A stretch of DNA of 64,000 nt from Carpediemonas membranifera BICM (GCA_019828565.1 JAHDYR010000015.1:237926-301925), one strand, 5' to 3'. Positions 42,467-54,501 are shown, numbered from the stretch's first letter. The notes: generated by a model from the letters alone, not told the origin. Translations and numbers: made by a program.

Positions 42467-43571
42467 ATGTCGCCGTCAACTCATTTGATGTCGGACAACA
42501 CAGCCGTAGAGGCCGTTCTGAAGGAAATTCGTGCCAAAATCACCGAACTTGGTGATTACGATCTGGCTAGGCCACTTATTGTTGCCCATACGTCCGTTTG
42601 TCGTTCCCTTCGCGCTCAGAAGTATCGTGGACGCAAGCGCATGGTCACCGACAATCTGTAAGTAACAAACATCAACCGTGAGGTTATATAGTCACCGCGT
42701 GCAAGCCTCAGAACGCATCACTCGCACCCTGACGATGACGACTCTGATGCCCCACGACATCAAGGCCGAGGTTGCCCGACGCCTGGAAGGTTACACCAAC
42801 TCCATCGAGCTGCCGCTCCAGCGAATCTTTGACGCTATTGAGCAAGGTCGTCTGAACGACGCAGCCGTAGTGCAGGACGTGAAGCTGACCCAGCAGGTCT
42901 TGGCTCTCGTGGCTCACTGCCAGGTCGCGCTTGCCGGTGTGAGGGCCCACCTCAAGCTCGGCAGGAAGCGCTTGACCGATGGCGACATCGTGTCGGCCGC
43001 GATCCGGGGCCGCGACATCACGCTGGGTGGGTCTTCACCCGGTAATGGTCACTACTCTGCAGCTCTCGTGGCGGCTGTGCGGACTGCCGGCGGGGTCAAG
43101 TCGGACACTACAGCGCGCGGATATCTTAACCGCCTGTTGGTCCTCGTCCTCGCACCGGACTACTTCCGTGTCGCTGTCTACGGCATCAGCCGGCGCATCC
43201 CGGCTCCCAACGACTTCTGGGCAACCCTGGTCAGCCGCTTGTGCCACGACGGCTACCTGCCCGCCATTGGCGATGAGGCTCACTGGGAGCCGCTTCAGGT
43301 CTCTGATCCGGACCGCTACTACACTGTCACGTGCGTAGTCCGTCACGAGTATCTGAAGACGACTTGTGGTCCCGGGTCTTTTGTGTTGATCCTGCAGTAT
43401 GACGGATACTCGGGACTCAGCATCGTGTCCCTCAACGCTGATCTCTGCCTTGTCCGGTGTGTGCGAGAGTACTTGGCTGAGAACGCCCTTGAGCGCCACG
43501 CTGACCCGACTTGGTTGGTCGAGCTGACGGACACGGAGGAGACGGAAGACGAGGAATCTAGCTCTGAATAA
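42467..43571 (+). CDS. Antisense accessory gene of element B with a C-terminal chromodomain-like region; intron 42658-42691
   Basis: A 34-nt GTAAGT..TATAG intron joins ORFs 42431-42661 and 42678-43571 in frame (DNL/HRVQ). YYTVTCVVRH..LILQYDGYSG..VREYL; AATAAA at the stop. Confidence 0.7.
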
Positions 43572-43613
43572 ATCGTTTGTTCCTCGAGGATACAGCTTCG
43601 ATGTTGAGAAGTT

Positions 43614-46600
43614 TTACAGACCGTCACGCTTGGCTTGGTCAGACTTCAAATATGTATCGAGGGCTTCCAAATCTTTGACGTGCGAATAAGGTTCGAATGA
43701 AGCCTCTGAATCCTCGAATCCGACCCAGTGTACGAGGTACTCGCGCCTTGACTTGGGGCCCGAGCCTCTAGAGCGTGAGATGCGCTCGACATGCCACTCA
43801 TCGACGGAAGCGGCTGCGAGGTCATAGATCTGTTGCTCCGAGAGCTTGCCTGGGTCAAATCTTCGCACACGTGCCGCGTCTACCTTGATAGTTGGACCGT
43901 CCGCTGACTGACTGAGGTCTTGGACCTCATATGCGACGACAACACCATCACGTTTGACGGCTGCGACACGCCTCATGGGTCCGCGCCAGCCCGGGGCTAG
44001 CTTGCTCGGTGGTCTTGGGTAGTATTTGACCAGCACGAAACGGCTCAATATCTCGCTTCTCGATGAGGTTGCCTTTGCGAGAGCGTCTTCGCGCATGGCT
44101 CTAATCCTTGCTTTGGCGAGTTGGATGGCGGCATCGGCTGCGGCTAGCTTCGACTGTGGCGGACCAGCCGAGGCGGCATCCGTGATATAGATCGATGACG
44201 GTATTGATAAATTGGCGCCAAACATGATCTCGGCCGGAGTCAACCGGGTCGGGATCCTGGGCATTGAGTTGACCAAGAATTGGGCGACTGGTAGGTGTGC
44301 TACCCAATCGTTATTCCTTAACTCCAGCTTCCTGGCTCTGAGGATGCGTTCGACCTCCTTGTTCGCGCGTTCGACGACACCGTTGCTCTGGGGATGGTAT
44401 GCTGTCGTTATGTGGACGTCGAACCCCATCTCTTCGGAGAGGCGTTTGAACAGAGCGTTTTTGAACTCTGAGCCCCCATCCGATTGGACGACTTCGGGGC
44501 ATCCGTATCGTAGAATCCAGGTGTTGACCGGGACTAGCTCTGTCCAGCGGGAGCACATGTCGATCATTACTGTCACGTAGGACAGGCCGTTGACCGTCGG
44601 TAGCGGACCCATGGTGTCAATGGCCACACGCCGGAACGGGAGGTCTACAGCTGTATGCAGGCCGTCGGGCGTATCAACAGGAGGGCGGGCCAAGACTTGG
44701 CACTCTGGACACGCGGTAATCACGTCGTCTACGACTTGACGGGAGACAGACAAACCGTCGGCCCTAAGTTGCTCGGTTGTCATCCGGCGAGACAGATGAG
44801 CTCCTGCTGTGAGATGAGCGCGGGATACCTGATCCCTCGACGCCTGTTGCATGGAGAATACTCTCGAGAGACCGTCGGCTCCACCGTTGTCCAGACCGGC
44901 GATGTGCTGTAGGGTGAAATCTAAATCGGCGATCGAATCAGCCCACCGGCGGACCTTGGCGTTGGTGGACCGGTACATATAGAGTAGGTTCCGGTGATCC
45001 GTGGGAATAGTAAAGCTCTCCCAGCACAGGAACTTGCGCCATCGTTGTAACGCTGCCACGATAGCGTAGGCTTCTTTCTCACCGGTACACCAGCGTGACT
45101 GGACGTCGTTGAACGCACGCGACATATAGCAAACTGGTCGGCCCTCTTGGAGTAAGACTGCTCCGTACCCGACATCGGATGCGTCAGTCATGACAGTGTG
45201 AGGCTTAGTCGCGTCGAACATGGCTAGAGCGTCGGCCGAACATAAAGCTTGTTTCAGATCGTCCAGCGACTTCTGAAGAACGTCTCGAGGGGGTCTGCCG
45301 ACCGGACATGGCGTCTAGCAGAGGCTTAGCTCGGACCGCGAAGTTGGGTATGTAATCGCGGAAATAGTTGAGGAATCCGTTGAGACCCTGCATGCCCTTC
45401 GTGGATGAAGACAGCTTGAGGTTCGCGATATCTTCGGTCCGCTGGGGTGAGATCTTCACGCTGCCTTGGGATATGATCCACCCGAGGAACTCGACCTCTT
45501 GCCGACCGAACTGGCACTTATCTCGGCCGAGCTGAAGGTTAAGCTTGTCAACGCGTTGCATGACTTTTTCGAGGTTTCCCAGGTACTCGTCCTCATCCGC
45601 ACCCATGACGATGATGTCATCAATGTATATGACACAGGCGGAGCCCACCAGACCCTTGAACCCGTCTTCCATCGCCCTCTGGAAGTACGCTCCGGCGTTA
45701 CGTAAGCCGAAGGGCATCCGTGTATATTGGTATTGACCAAAAACAGTACGGAAGGCGGTTAGGTGACGGCACCGTTCAGTAAGAGGGATCTGATGGTATC
45801 CTGCTGACAAGTCTAGGGTAGCGAACACAGACTTTCCGGACAGTTGAGTGAGAACTTCGTCTATGCGAGGATGGGGTAGTCGAATGGTTCCGTTAGTTGA
45901 TTGATCTCGCGGAAGTCGACGACAAAACGCGTCTTTCCCTCCTTCTTTGGAACTATGATGGTAGGGCTCGCGTATTGAGACTGGCATGCCTCGATGTAGC
46001 GCTTTGCCAGGAGCGTATTAATGTGCTCTTGAATGATCGGGACTTTCGGCGGGGGAACATAGTACGGCCGAATGTGTACGACTCTGTCGCCCTTGAGGAC
46101 CAAATCATACGGTTCGAGCCGGCTTGGCTCGGTACGGTCCACGAATGTCCGGGCGTAACGCTTGAGGATGTCGGCCTGCCTCTGAGAAAAGGAAGAGGAC
46201 ATGGCTCTGGCTTGCGCGACGTACTTCTCGAATGTAGGTGGTTCGTCGCTGGCTGCGAGCTCGCTGGTAGGCTCAGACAACGAAGGGAGAAGGCCGATCT
46301 CCACCATCTGAGGGTAACCCAGGCATACATCGAAAGCGGTCGACAGGACGTAGGCCTTAATAGTGATAGAGCATCCGCGCGGAGTGAATGGCGAGGGCGC
46401 TAAGACGAGGCGGAAGGATACCTGACCATCGGCCTCTCTGACGCCGCCCACTGTCTCGATAAGTGTCTTCTCGTGTGAGATCCACTTCACTGCCTTGCCG
46501 TGGCAGAGCTTGGGGTCAATGGTTGCGCAGTCAGCGCCCGAGTCGAACAGGACGGAAACGACTTGCTTAAGAATGCTAGCCTTGACGGAGGGGAGGACAC

Positions 46601-47510
46601 TCTGACGGGAACCGAGAGAAAACACACAACGAGCTGAATTTACCTCAGAACGGCAGAATTCAGCTCGGTGGACCGGCTTCTGGCACTTGGAACAGGTTGT
46701 CTTCGGAGCAGGGCATCGGCGAGCGGAGTGACCGACCTTACCGCAGTTGAAGCACACGAATGGCTTCTTCTCGTGCTTGGGCTTGTCGATCGGCTTGCCT
46801 TTTGAGGGGGCTACGTTCGTGCGGTCAGGCTCGCGTCGATGAGGGTTCTTCGGACCGCTCCCCGTGTGCCGTGTATGGGAGGGCGTGGTGTTGGTACGCT
46901 GTGAGTCGGAGACCCCCGCAGCGCCGAAGGAAGCGATCATCTCCTTGGACTCCTTGAGGTCGCGTGACATGACGAGGACATCAGCCATTGCGTCCTTGAG
47001 ATCCTTGCGCTCCGTTGATTCTCTGACTCGATACATGATGCGACTGTTGTTGGGGAACTTGAAGCAGCGGCTGTACGTCTCCTTCAAGACGTCCTCGGGA
47101 TCTTCGGGTTGAACGAGCTTCAAGAGCAGATTGAATCGGCGGTTCACTCGAGCAACCTCATCAGGCTCGAAGGACTTGGCGGGGACTCGGAAGAGCTGTA
47201 GACGCATGCTCGGGCGAGAAGGTCGAAGGGCAGCACCGAGGCGCTTGAGGACTCGTTCATCTTGGGCTGCGACACGACGTTTCTTACGGAGCTTCGCGGA
47301 GAGCAGGAGAGGAGTGTCTTCAACCTCTTCGTCGTCGTTAAGGCCTGCTAGCTCTGCTATGCTAGGCTCGATGAGGTCAATAACATCATCGCGGCCGCCT
47401 AAGGCGCGATGATCGTGGAGGTTATCCGCAAAGTCCAAAAGAGCGTCCATGGAGGACTTCTTCAGGAGAGGCGGATTCTTCTTCAGGCTTCTGTAAGTTT
47501 CCGTACCCAT
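43614..47510 (-). pseudogene. Element B gag-pol (2 frameshifts, 13-aa integrase deletion)
   Basis: Collinear with 9060-12722; TELVPV-NTW versus TELVPAKSNSGKEAAEAFINTW. Confidence 0.93.
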
Positions 47511-47657
47511 ATGTTTTGGTAGTACTAGTACTGTGGTTCAATGGGTGTTGAACTTTTACTGAGGAGAAGACTCGACACAAGGGTGTCGAGGAGAAACTCC
47601 TTGACTATTAAATATAACGTAAATCTGTGTAACTTTGGGTAGGACCCACAACACGCC

Positions 47658-48408
47658 TTATCATCCTGCGGGACAGGGTGCTGTTGAAAGAGCGAACAAA
47701 GAGGTGAAGAGACACCTACGCGCCTGGATTCTCGAACATGACGACGACTGGGAGGACGCCTTACCACGAATCACGAATATAATCAACAACGCACCTCTAA
47801 CCGCCTCCAACCTGTCGCCGTACGAAGTCCTATACGCCAGGGACGTCCACGAACCGACTAGACAACCTTCCCTCACCGTCGACCACTTCCGTACCACCCT
47901 ACGCTGTTTACAGAGCAGACAACGCGCTGTCGGTGGCCAAACTCCAGCGCAGAGCCATCCAGCGAGTCATCTCCTTGGATCCGCCGCCATGATCCAGCGC
48001 AAAACTGCCATAGGCATCGTACCCCGGGGCCCGGTCCGGGTCATCTCCACCAATCCCGACCGCCCCAACACCTACGTCGTTCAAGACCTCACCACTGACC
48101 ACCGCCTGACAGTACATGCCTCTGAGCTTTACCAGTTCGAGGGCAGCTACACTGACGCTGAGCTCAAACACTGGGCAGCCCGCAACGAAGGAGAGTACGT
48201 GGTTAGGAAGGTTGCTGACCATCGCCGACAAGCGGGCAACCTTCAGTTCCTCCTCTTGTGGGAGGGTTACGATGACGACGAAGGCACATGGACCGATTAC
48301 AGCCGCGAAATCGATGGATTAGCTGCCCTGGACGCATACATTAATGAGCATCCGAGATTGAAGCTTCCATCACTCAGGAATGGACGCCACGCCGGTAAAT
48401 CCCCCTGA
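47658..48408 (+). pseudogene. Element A integrase 3' part plus chromodomain
   Basis: YHPAGQGAVERAN..SPYEVLY..YVVRKVADHR..FLLLWEGYDDDEGTW. Confidence 0.92.
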
Positions 48409-48939
48409 GACGTGTGCTGTTGATGTTGTTTGATGAAGAAAGAAGAGAAGAAGAGGAAAAGTGATTGCAATCACGAGGATAATGATAATGAACGCAAATG
48501 ATCACCTAAGAGAGAGAGAGAGCGTGAACTCGCCGAAACGAACTAATGAGAAGCGATGAAACTGAAGAAGCGAGACAGAAGCGCGAAAGAGACAGAAATG
48601 GAGAAGAATGAAGTATAGAGCGTGAAGAAGATCATAGTTACGTACCAATCCGTCGTCACTGGCAACTTAGACGCAATGACTCATCTTGTGCCAAATCTGA
48701 CAAAAAGGACCGAATTTCCGAAGATCGCAAAAGGAGTTTAGATTAGGTCTGGGGACGACAAGATCTTTTATATTTGATCGATATCTTTCAATTTGATGAC
48801 AATCCACAATGTTATGGTGGAAGTCATGGGGGCAGTGTAGTGGTCACCTGACCCGTATATATTTAGGCCATATTTACCACTAGGGTTCGACCCTATTTAA
48901 ACACTTCGCATTGATTGTTGTTGTTCTGTGCCCACCACA

Positions 48940-49938
48940 ACTACGCCAACACGGAGGAGCCCGCCCCCACCCTGGCCACCGCTAACGCCTCCCTCGCCAG
49001 CCTTCCCGCGCCCGAGAGCAACGACGAGGTTGACATGCTTAAGGCCCGCGTCGCCGTGCTTGAGAAGGAGCTGGAGGAGGCCAAGAAGGTCATGCAGGAT
49101 ACTACTGAACTTGACGCCGCTCTCCAGCGCGTGTCTGAGCTCGAGAAGGACCTCGAGGTCGCCCGGGCGAACGCCGAGCCCGACGATGAGGAGGTCAACG
49201 CCCTCAAGGAGCGCGTCGCCGCCCTCGAGAAGGAGGCTCGCCGAGGCCGAGGAGAAGTCCACCGCCGTCGCCGAGGTCGACAACTCCGATCTCGAGGAGG
49301 CCAACGTCCGCATCGCTGACCTCGAGAAGGAGCTCGCCGAGACCAAGGTCAAGGCCGGTGAGCTCGACGCCACTATGATGCGCGTCTCCGAGCTTGAGAA
49401 GGAGCTTGAGGTCGCCCGCGCCAACGCCGAGCCCGAGGTCGACAACACCGAGGTCGACGCTCTCAAGGCCCGCGTCGCTGAGCTCGAGAAGGAGGCCGAG
49501 GAGAACAAGGCCGTCAACGACACCACCGAGCTCGACGCGGCCCTCCAGCGCGTCACTGAGCTCGAGGCTGAGCTGAAGGCTGCCGAGACGAAGCCTGTCG
49601 AGCCCAATGACGACGGCGAGATGGATACCCTCAAGGAGCGCATCGCCACGCTTGAGAAGCAGCTTGCTGAAGCTGAGAAGTCTGCCAACGATAACACTGA
49701 GCTCGAGGTCGCCAAGAAGGCCCTCGAGGCGCTCAAGGGCGACGCCGACCAGCTCCGGGGTGACCTGAAGGACGCCAAGACTGCCAACAAGAAGCTCAAC
49801 GCCTCTCTGGAGGAGGCCAAGAAGGGCGGCGCGGTGGTGCCTGAGGACACGCCCATCTGGCGCCGCAACCTGTTCAGCATGCTCCACATGGGCGTCTTGG
49901 CGATATTTGTGGCCATCCTCGTCAAGGTCCTCTTCTAG
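48940..49938 (+). CDS. 5'-truncated repetitive coiled-coil protein with a C-terminal membrane anchor
   Basis: Repeats of ELDAALQRVSELEKEL / VDALKARVAELEKE, an extra G near 49237, a hydrophobic tail; begins flush with the LTR end. Confidence 0.75.
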   Translation, partial: TTPTRRSPPPPWPPLTPPSPAFPRPRATTRLTCLRPASPCLRRSWRRPRRSCRILLNLTPLSSACLSSRRTSRSPGRTPSPTMRRSTPSRSASPPSRRRLAEAEEKSTAVAEVDNSDLEEANVRIADLEKELAETKVKAGELDATMMRVSELEKELEVARANAEPEVDNTEVDALKARVAELEKEAEENKAVNDTTELDAALQRVTELEAELKAAETKPVEPNDDGEMDTLKERIATLEKQLAEAEKSANDNTELEVAKKALEALKGDADQLRGDLKDAKTANKKLNASLEEAKKGGAVVPEDTPIWRRNLFSMLHMGVLAIFVAILVKVLF

Positions 49939-50170
49939 ATCATTGTAAAGACTCAGCATTGGCCGTTATGTCGCTATGAATGGTGGTTTGTGTGTGATGT
50001 TTAATGCTACGTCGTAGCTGTAGAGTTGAACTCATCCAGTCGAGTGATTTGGGCCGCACTGCTGTCAGACTTGGGCATAGTTGGTTTGTCTGCTGTTTCA
50101 TTCATACATTCATCCAGACGAGGGTCGAGTTGGGTCGACCGAGCATCGGGGCGGGGCGGAGGGCGCCGGA

Positions 50171-50227
50171 CCGCGCGCTACCGGAATACGTGGAGTGAGT
50201 ATCGCTCTGCTGATTCCAGGAGCGCGC
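50171..50227 (+). ncRNA. Conserved hairpin motif, copy 3
   Basis: CCGCGCGCTACCGGAATACG-tggagtgagtatcgctctg-CTGATTCCAGGAGCGCGC. Confidence 0.7.
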
Positions 50228-50827
50228 TGTCCGCTCACATCCGATTCGTCATTTTGGGGGTCGCGCCACATCTCGACTCTGAAAGAACTGCGAGGGCAGG
50301 CCGGGAGGCCGTACAGCATAATCGGCCTGGGTCGGTCAGACTCTGTCAACCCGGACTCCATCAGTCAACATGGCGCGTGAATGCATGCTTTGGAGCCCAT
50401 TCCGAAGCTATATCGACCATCAATTTGGTGGGCGACATGTTCACCTGCCCTTCGAAATCCTCCCGAGACTGCGGGTCCGAAGCTGAGCGATGCCGTTACC
50501 TCGACTACAACCATCGAATCGCTGTCGCTCTGCCATAAAGCTTGTATAGCCCTCTAACATCTGGATCCGGGCCATTACCAGCGGGCGCACACTGGCAGTA
50601 TGCGTTTGGAGTCGGCCCGATCTTCGATCTCGACCGACATCGAACATGGCGAATAGAGGTCGGAGAGGGCTGAAACTCACACCATTGCACTGTACGAGAA
50701 GCTCATACAGGATGGTTGACCTAACCTTGTTTTTTAAACACTGCAACCCAACCAAATCTATGAAATCATGAAACGGTGAGACAGTTTGTCTCAATCCTGT
50801 CCGCTCACATCTGAGATACCGGGTCAC
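50178..50827 (-). pseudogene. Degenerate homologue of the 14497 recombinase-like ORF (copy 2)
   Basis: TGLRQTVSPFHDFIDLVGLQC vs TEIRQNSDVFEQFLDSLSFCC; RLQTHTASVRPLV vs RIRTHTLPARQVL; ends SALLESAERYSLHVFR*. Confidence 0.5.
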
Positions 50828-51167
50828 ATATCACCGGAACTAATGAAGCTGATTCTAAGAAATGAACGGTTGGTGTTGAGTTTCGTTAGTGCACGTGACT
50901 GACGGCTGATATCAGACAAAGAAGCCTAAGTTTTGACTTGATCGCCTGTGTTCCCAGGCCGTCTTCCAAAATTTTTGAATCGATATGGAATCGTAGATTC
51001 CCGTCAAAGTGAGTTTTAAAACGAGATATTTCGGCATGGTTGGGTAGAGTGATGGAATCCGAGCGTGGTGCATCCCCGGCGGTCACACAACTCCTCTGGA
51101 TGATCAAGATCGAATCATTTCAGCAGTCAACTTTGCTGAGAAGAGACGATCTTGTTGTCGAAGCAAT

Positions 51168-52559
51168 ATGGACGCAGGCGATCCTTCCGTACATCCAGAG
51201 GTGGACAAGAACCTACTGTTGAAGAAACGCTTCCGTTTGGTTCGGCAAGTTGGTGCTGGTGCATTCGGTAGTGTGTTCGAGAGCGTTGACGTCCTCACAG
51301 GGCGCAAATTCGCCGTTAAAATGGAGGCCCGGGATCCTAACAAGACCTCTGTGCTTAGCGTAGAGCTTGGCGTCCTTAGGAAGCTGAAGAACCACTCAAG
51401 ATGCATCCCGTCATACGTTTGCTGCGGAACAACACAGCACCACCACTACATCGTCATGAAGCTGCTCGGACCCGACCTCTCCGCCCTCCGTCGCAAGATG
51501 CCAGCGAAGAAGTTCTCTCTTGCGACGACTCTCCGTCTTGGCGTCGCGATGGTGGACTGTCTCGAGGTCCTCCACACCAACGGCTACATTCACAGAGACG
51601 TCAAGCCCTCCAACTTCGTCATGGCCCGCCACAGCAGCCGCCTGTACATCATTGACTTCGGGATTGCCCGCAAGTACACGGACGCCATGGGCTTCGCTCT
51701 CCCACCCCGCCAGGACGTCGGCTTCAGGGGAACGGCCCGGTACGCACCCGTAGCCGCCCACCAGCGCCTCGACCTGGCCTGCCGCGACGACTACTGGAGC
51801 CTGCTGTTCCTCCTGATTGACCTGTACACGGGGAAGCTACCCTGGTCCGGCATCAAGGACCGCGGCGAGATCGGCGAGGCCAAGACCTATGCCATCGACT
51901 CGGGCGCCCTCATTGAGGGTCTGCCCAACTGCTTCAAGCAGCTCCTCAGCCACATCCAGTCGGTCAAGTTCATCGAGCCCGTCGACCACGACTACGTCCG
52001 CCAGCTGTTCCTGGACCAGATGCAGGCCAACGGGATCGTACAGGGCGCCTCGTACGACTGGGAGGAGGTGACCCAGCCCACTGTCAGGCCCCACTCGGGC
52101 ACGGTAACCAGAGGCGTGGTCGACCACGAGGAACACGTCGAGGAGAATGAGGAGGTGCCCCAGGAACCCCCACAGGATCCTCCTGTGCCCGAGTCGCACG
52201 GCACAGTGCTGTCACTATCAGCCTCTGCCCGCTCAGGCCCGTCCTTCCTCGCCTCGACCCGGAGTGGTGTGTCGAATATCAACTTCGACACGGACCAGTC
52301 TGGACTCCGTGCCGAGTCAGTCAGCCGTTTCTCCATGGCCTCCACGAATGTTGCGCTGGACGGCATTTCCCCACAGTCGCCCGGGTCGGACAATGGGTCT
52401 GGACGTGGGTCGAGTGCGAACCATACGCCCATGGGGAGCAAGGCAAACGTGAACAAGGACAATAACCAGACCCCTGGTCTGTTGAAGAGCGTGCTGCTCG
52501 CCACACGCGGCGCGCTGCTGAGCTGTTTCGCCGACTGTCAGAACTTGGCGCCAATTTAG
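51168..52559 (+). CDS. CK1-group kinase, tau-tubulin-kinase-like
   Basis: GAGAFG, AVKME, MKLLGPDL, HRDVKPSNF, DFG, FRGTARY, DDYWS. Confidence 0.92.
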   Translation: MDAGDPSVHPEVDKNLLLKKRFRLVRQVGAGAFGSVFESVDVLTGRKFAVKMEARDPNKTSVLSVELGVLRKLKNHSRCIPSYVCCGTTQHHHYIVMKLLGPDLSALRRKMPAKKFSLATTLRLGVAMVDCLEVLHTNGYIHRDVKPSNFVMARHSSRLYIIDFGIARKYTDAMGFALPPRQDVGFRGTARYAPVAAHQRLDLACRDDYWSLLFLLIDLYTGKLPWSGIKDRGEIGEAKTYAIDSGALIEGLPNCFKQLLSHIQSVKFIEPVDHDYVRQLFLDQMQANGIVQGASYDWEEVTQPTVRPHSGTVTRGVVDHEEHVEENEEVPQEPPQDPPVPESHGTVLSLSASARSGPSFLASTRSGVSNINFDTDQSGLRAESVSRFSMASTNVALDGISPQSPGSDNGSGRGSSANHTPMGSKANVNKDNNQTPGLLKSVLLATRGALLSCFADCQNLAPI

Positions 52560-52836
52560 CTAATTTATCGGAATAAAGCGCATGAAAATGTGTATGGTGG
52601 GCGAGGGCATGATGGGGCGGTTGAGTTTCGGGCATGATGGGCTGATGGATGCAAAGCTAACTTGTCTGAATCTGGGGGCGCATGAAAGTTCGAAAATTTG
52701 TGGAGGGACACCGCTACATGGCTCTTGGATGTTGACCATCACCGCCCACCCTTCCATGACCCTCGTGCACTGATCCACTCAAATCTTTCACTCAGAATTT
52801 GGCAAAGAAGGCCCGAAACCACACTTCATTCCCAAA

Positions 52837-54501
52837 ATGGAACCATCAGCATATGGAGGGTTTGAGGATGATGTTACCATATCAGCGCTTAGCCGACCTC
52901 AGAATGACACGGTTGCTCGCGTTATGTCCGACGTTGAGCCGCCAGAATTAGCTATTCTGTCGGTAACGGATGTGTACGGGAATGAATCCACACCTGATCC
53001 CAATGTACTCATCGAGCACTTCAAGAAGGAGGGCCGCATCTCCAAGAACCTCATTGAGCGCATCCTTGTGGAAATGACGGCCATGCTCGGGCAAGAGCCC
53101 AACCTCCTGAACGTAGACGCGCCTGTTACAGTCGTAGGCGACCTCCACGGGCAGTTCTACGACCTGGTGCGGCTCCTTGAGCTCGCAGGTGACCCGGAGA
53201 AGACGCGCTACCTCTTCCTAGGAGACTACATCGACCGGGGCACATTCAGCCTTGAGACGACCATCACGCTCTATAGCATGAAGCTCCGTTATCCAAAGAA
53301 CGTCTTCCTCCTCAGGGGCAACCACGAGTGCCGCCAGATGGCTGACTTCTTCAACTTTCGACTCGAGATCCTCCACAAGCAGGACAACGAGGTCCTCGAG
53401 CTCTTCCAGAAGTCCTTCGACCACCTCCCTCTCGCAGCCATAGTAGACAACAGGTTCTTCGCCGTCCACGGCGGCATCTCCCCCGAGCTGAAGACGACGG
53501 GCCAGATCAACAAGATCAACCGGTTCCGGGAGCCCCCCGAGTCGGGTCTGATGACGGATCTGCTCTGGTCCGACCCCGCTGTGAAGGATGGGCCCACTGT
53601 TGGGTTCAAGTCCAACACGGTGCGGGGATGCGGGCATACCTATGGCTTTGCTGCTGTTGCAAAGTTCTTGGAGGCTAACCACCTCTTGTGTGTTGTTAGG
53701 GGCCATGAAGCGCAGAACGACGGCTTTAAGATGCACCGCACGCATCCATCGACCAAGTTCCCGACGGTCATCACAGTCTTCAGCGCCCCCAACTACTGCG
53801 GCAATTACGCCAACAAGGCTGCCCTCCTCTTCATCGGCCCCAAGACTATCAACGTCAAGCAGTTCAGCTACAGCGACCAGCCGTACGTACTCCCGAACTT
53901 CCAGAACATCTTCGACTGGTCGATGCCGTTCGTCATCGAGAATGTCACGGAGCTGCTTCTCACGATGACTTCCCGACTCGGCGAGGAGACCGACAGCGAC
54001 GACTCCTCAGAGGATGAGGGCACAAAGGAGGACCCCGCCGTACGTCGTAAGAGGGTTCTGGCCAAGATCCAGGCCGTATCTCGCATGGCTAGATTTGCCC
54101 GGATCCTACGTGAGGAAAGGGAGACCATCATCAAGCTTAAGGGTATCGCGGGCACCTCCAAGCTGCCGGTCGGCCTGCTCCAGGGCGGGTCCGAGGCGAT
54201 CGACCAGACGCTGACGTCGTTCCAGCGGGCACTCGAGCTAGACATGGTGAATGAGATGGCGCCGCATGCCCGCAGACAGGCCAAGAAGGAGATCATCGAG
54301 CAAATAGTCCGGAGCGTGCTCCAGGCGCGGGAGGAGTCCATCAGGGCATGGCTGGAGGGCCGGGCGGTGGAGCTGACGTCGGAGGAGGTCGGCACTGTCG
54401 GCGAGGACACGGAGGCGGAGTACCGCAGCCGTATACAGCACCGGGCGTCGTTTGAGACGGGGGAGAGTGTGGCCCCGGCCGTTCAGATTTCCGCCCTGTG
54501 A
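52837..54501 (+). CDS. CNA1: Calcineurin A (PP2B catalytic subunit)
   Basis: GDLHGQ, GDYIDRG, RGNHE, SAPNY; CnB-binding FDWSMPFV, CaM-binding AKIQAVSRMAR, autoinhibitory FQRALELDMVNE. Confidence 0.95.
   Translation: MEPSAYGGFEDDVTISALSRPQNDTVARVMSDVEPPELAILSVTDVYGNESTPDPNVLIEHFKKEGRISKNLIERILVEMTAMLGQEPNLLNVDAPVTVVGDLHGQFYDLVRLLELAGDPEKTRYLFLGDYIDRGTFSLETTITLYSMKLRYPKNVFLLRGNHECRQMADFFNFRLEILHKQDNEVLELFQKSFDHLPLAAIVDNRFFAVHGGISPELKTTGQINKINRFREPPESGLMTDLLWSDPAVKDGPTVGFKSNTVRGCGHTYGFAAVAKFLEANHLLCVVRGHEAQNDGFKMHRTHPSTKFPTVITVFSAPNYCGNYANKAALLFIGPKTINVKQFSYSDQPYVLPNFQNIFDWSMPFVIENVTELLLTMTSRLGEETDSDDSSEDEGTKEDPAVRRKRVLAKIQAVSRMARFARILREERETIIKLKGIAGTSKLPVGLLQGGSEAIDQTLTSFQRALELDMVNEMAPHARRQAKKEIIEQIVRSVLQAREESIRAWLEGRAVELTSEEVGTVGEDTEAEYRSRIQHRASFETGESVAPAVQISAL

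Larger units (their letters stand above)
38008..47653 (-). mobile_element. Gypsy chromovirus B: 122-bp identical LTRs, TSD CGCC, inside the integrase of A
   Basis: LTRs 38008-38129 and 47532-47653. Removing B restores GTPYHPAGQGAVERAN. Confidence 0.97.
34777..48939 (+). mobile_element. Gypsy chromovirus A, 104-bp LTRs, interrupted by element B
   Basis: LTRs 34777-34880 and 48836-48939 (2 mismatches); PPT GGGGGCAG; no TSD. Confidence 0.93.

Noticed and set aside
48897-49959. Long antisense and alternative-frame ORFs (also over the kinase, KCS and DHHC genes)
   Set aside because: Shadows of GC3-rich codon usage and repeats, with no motifs.
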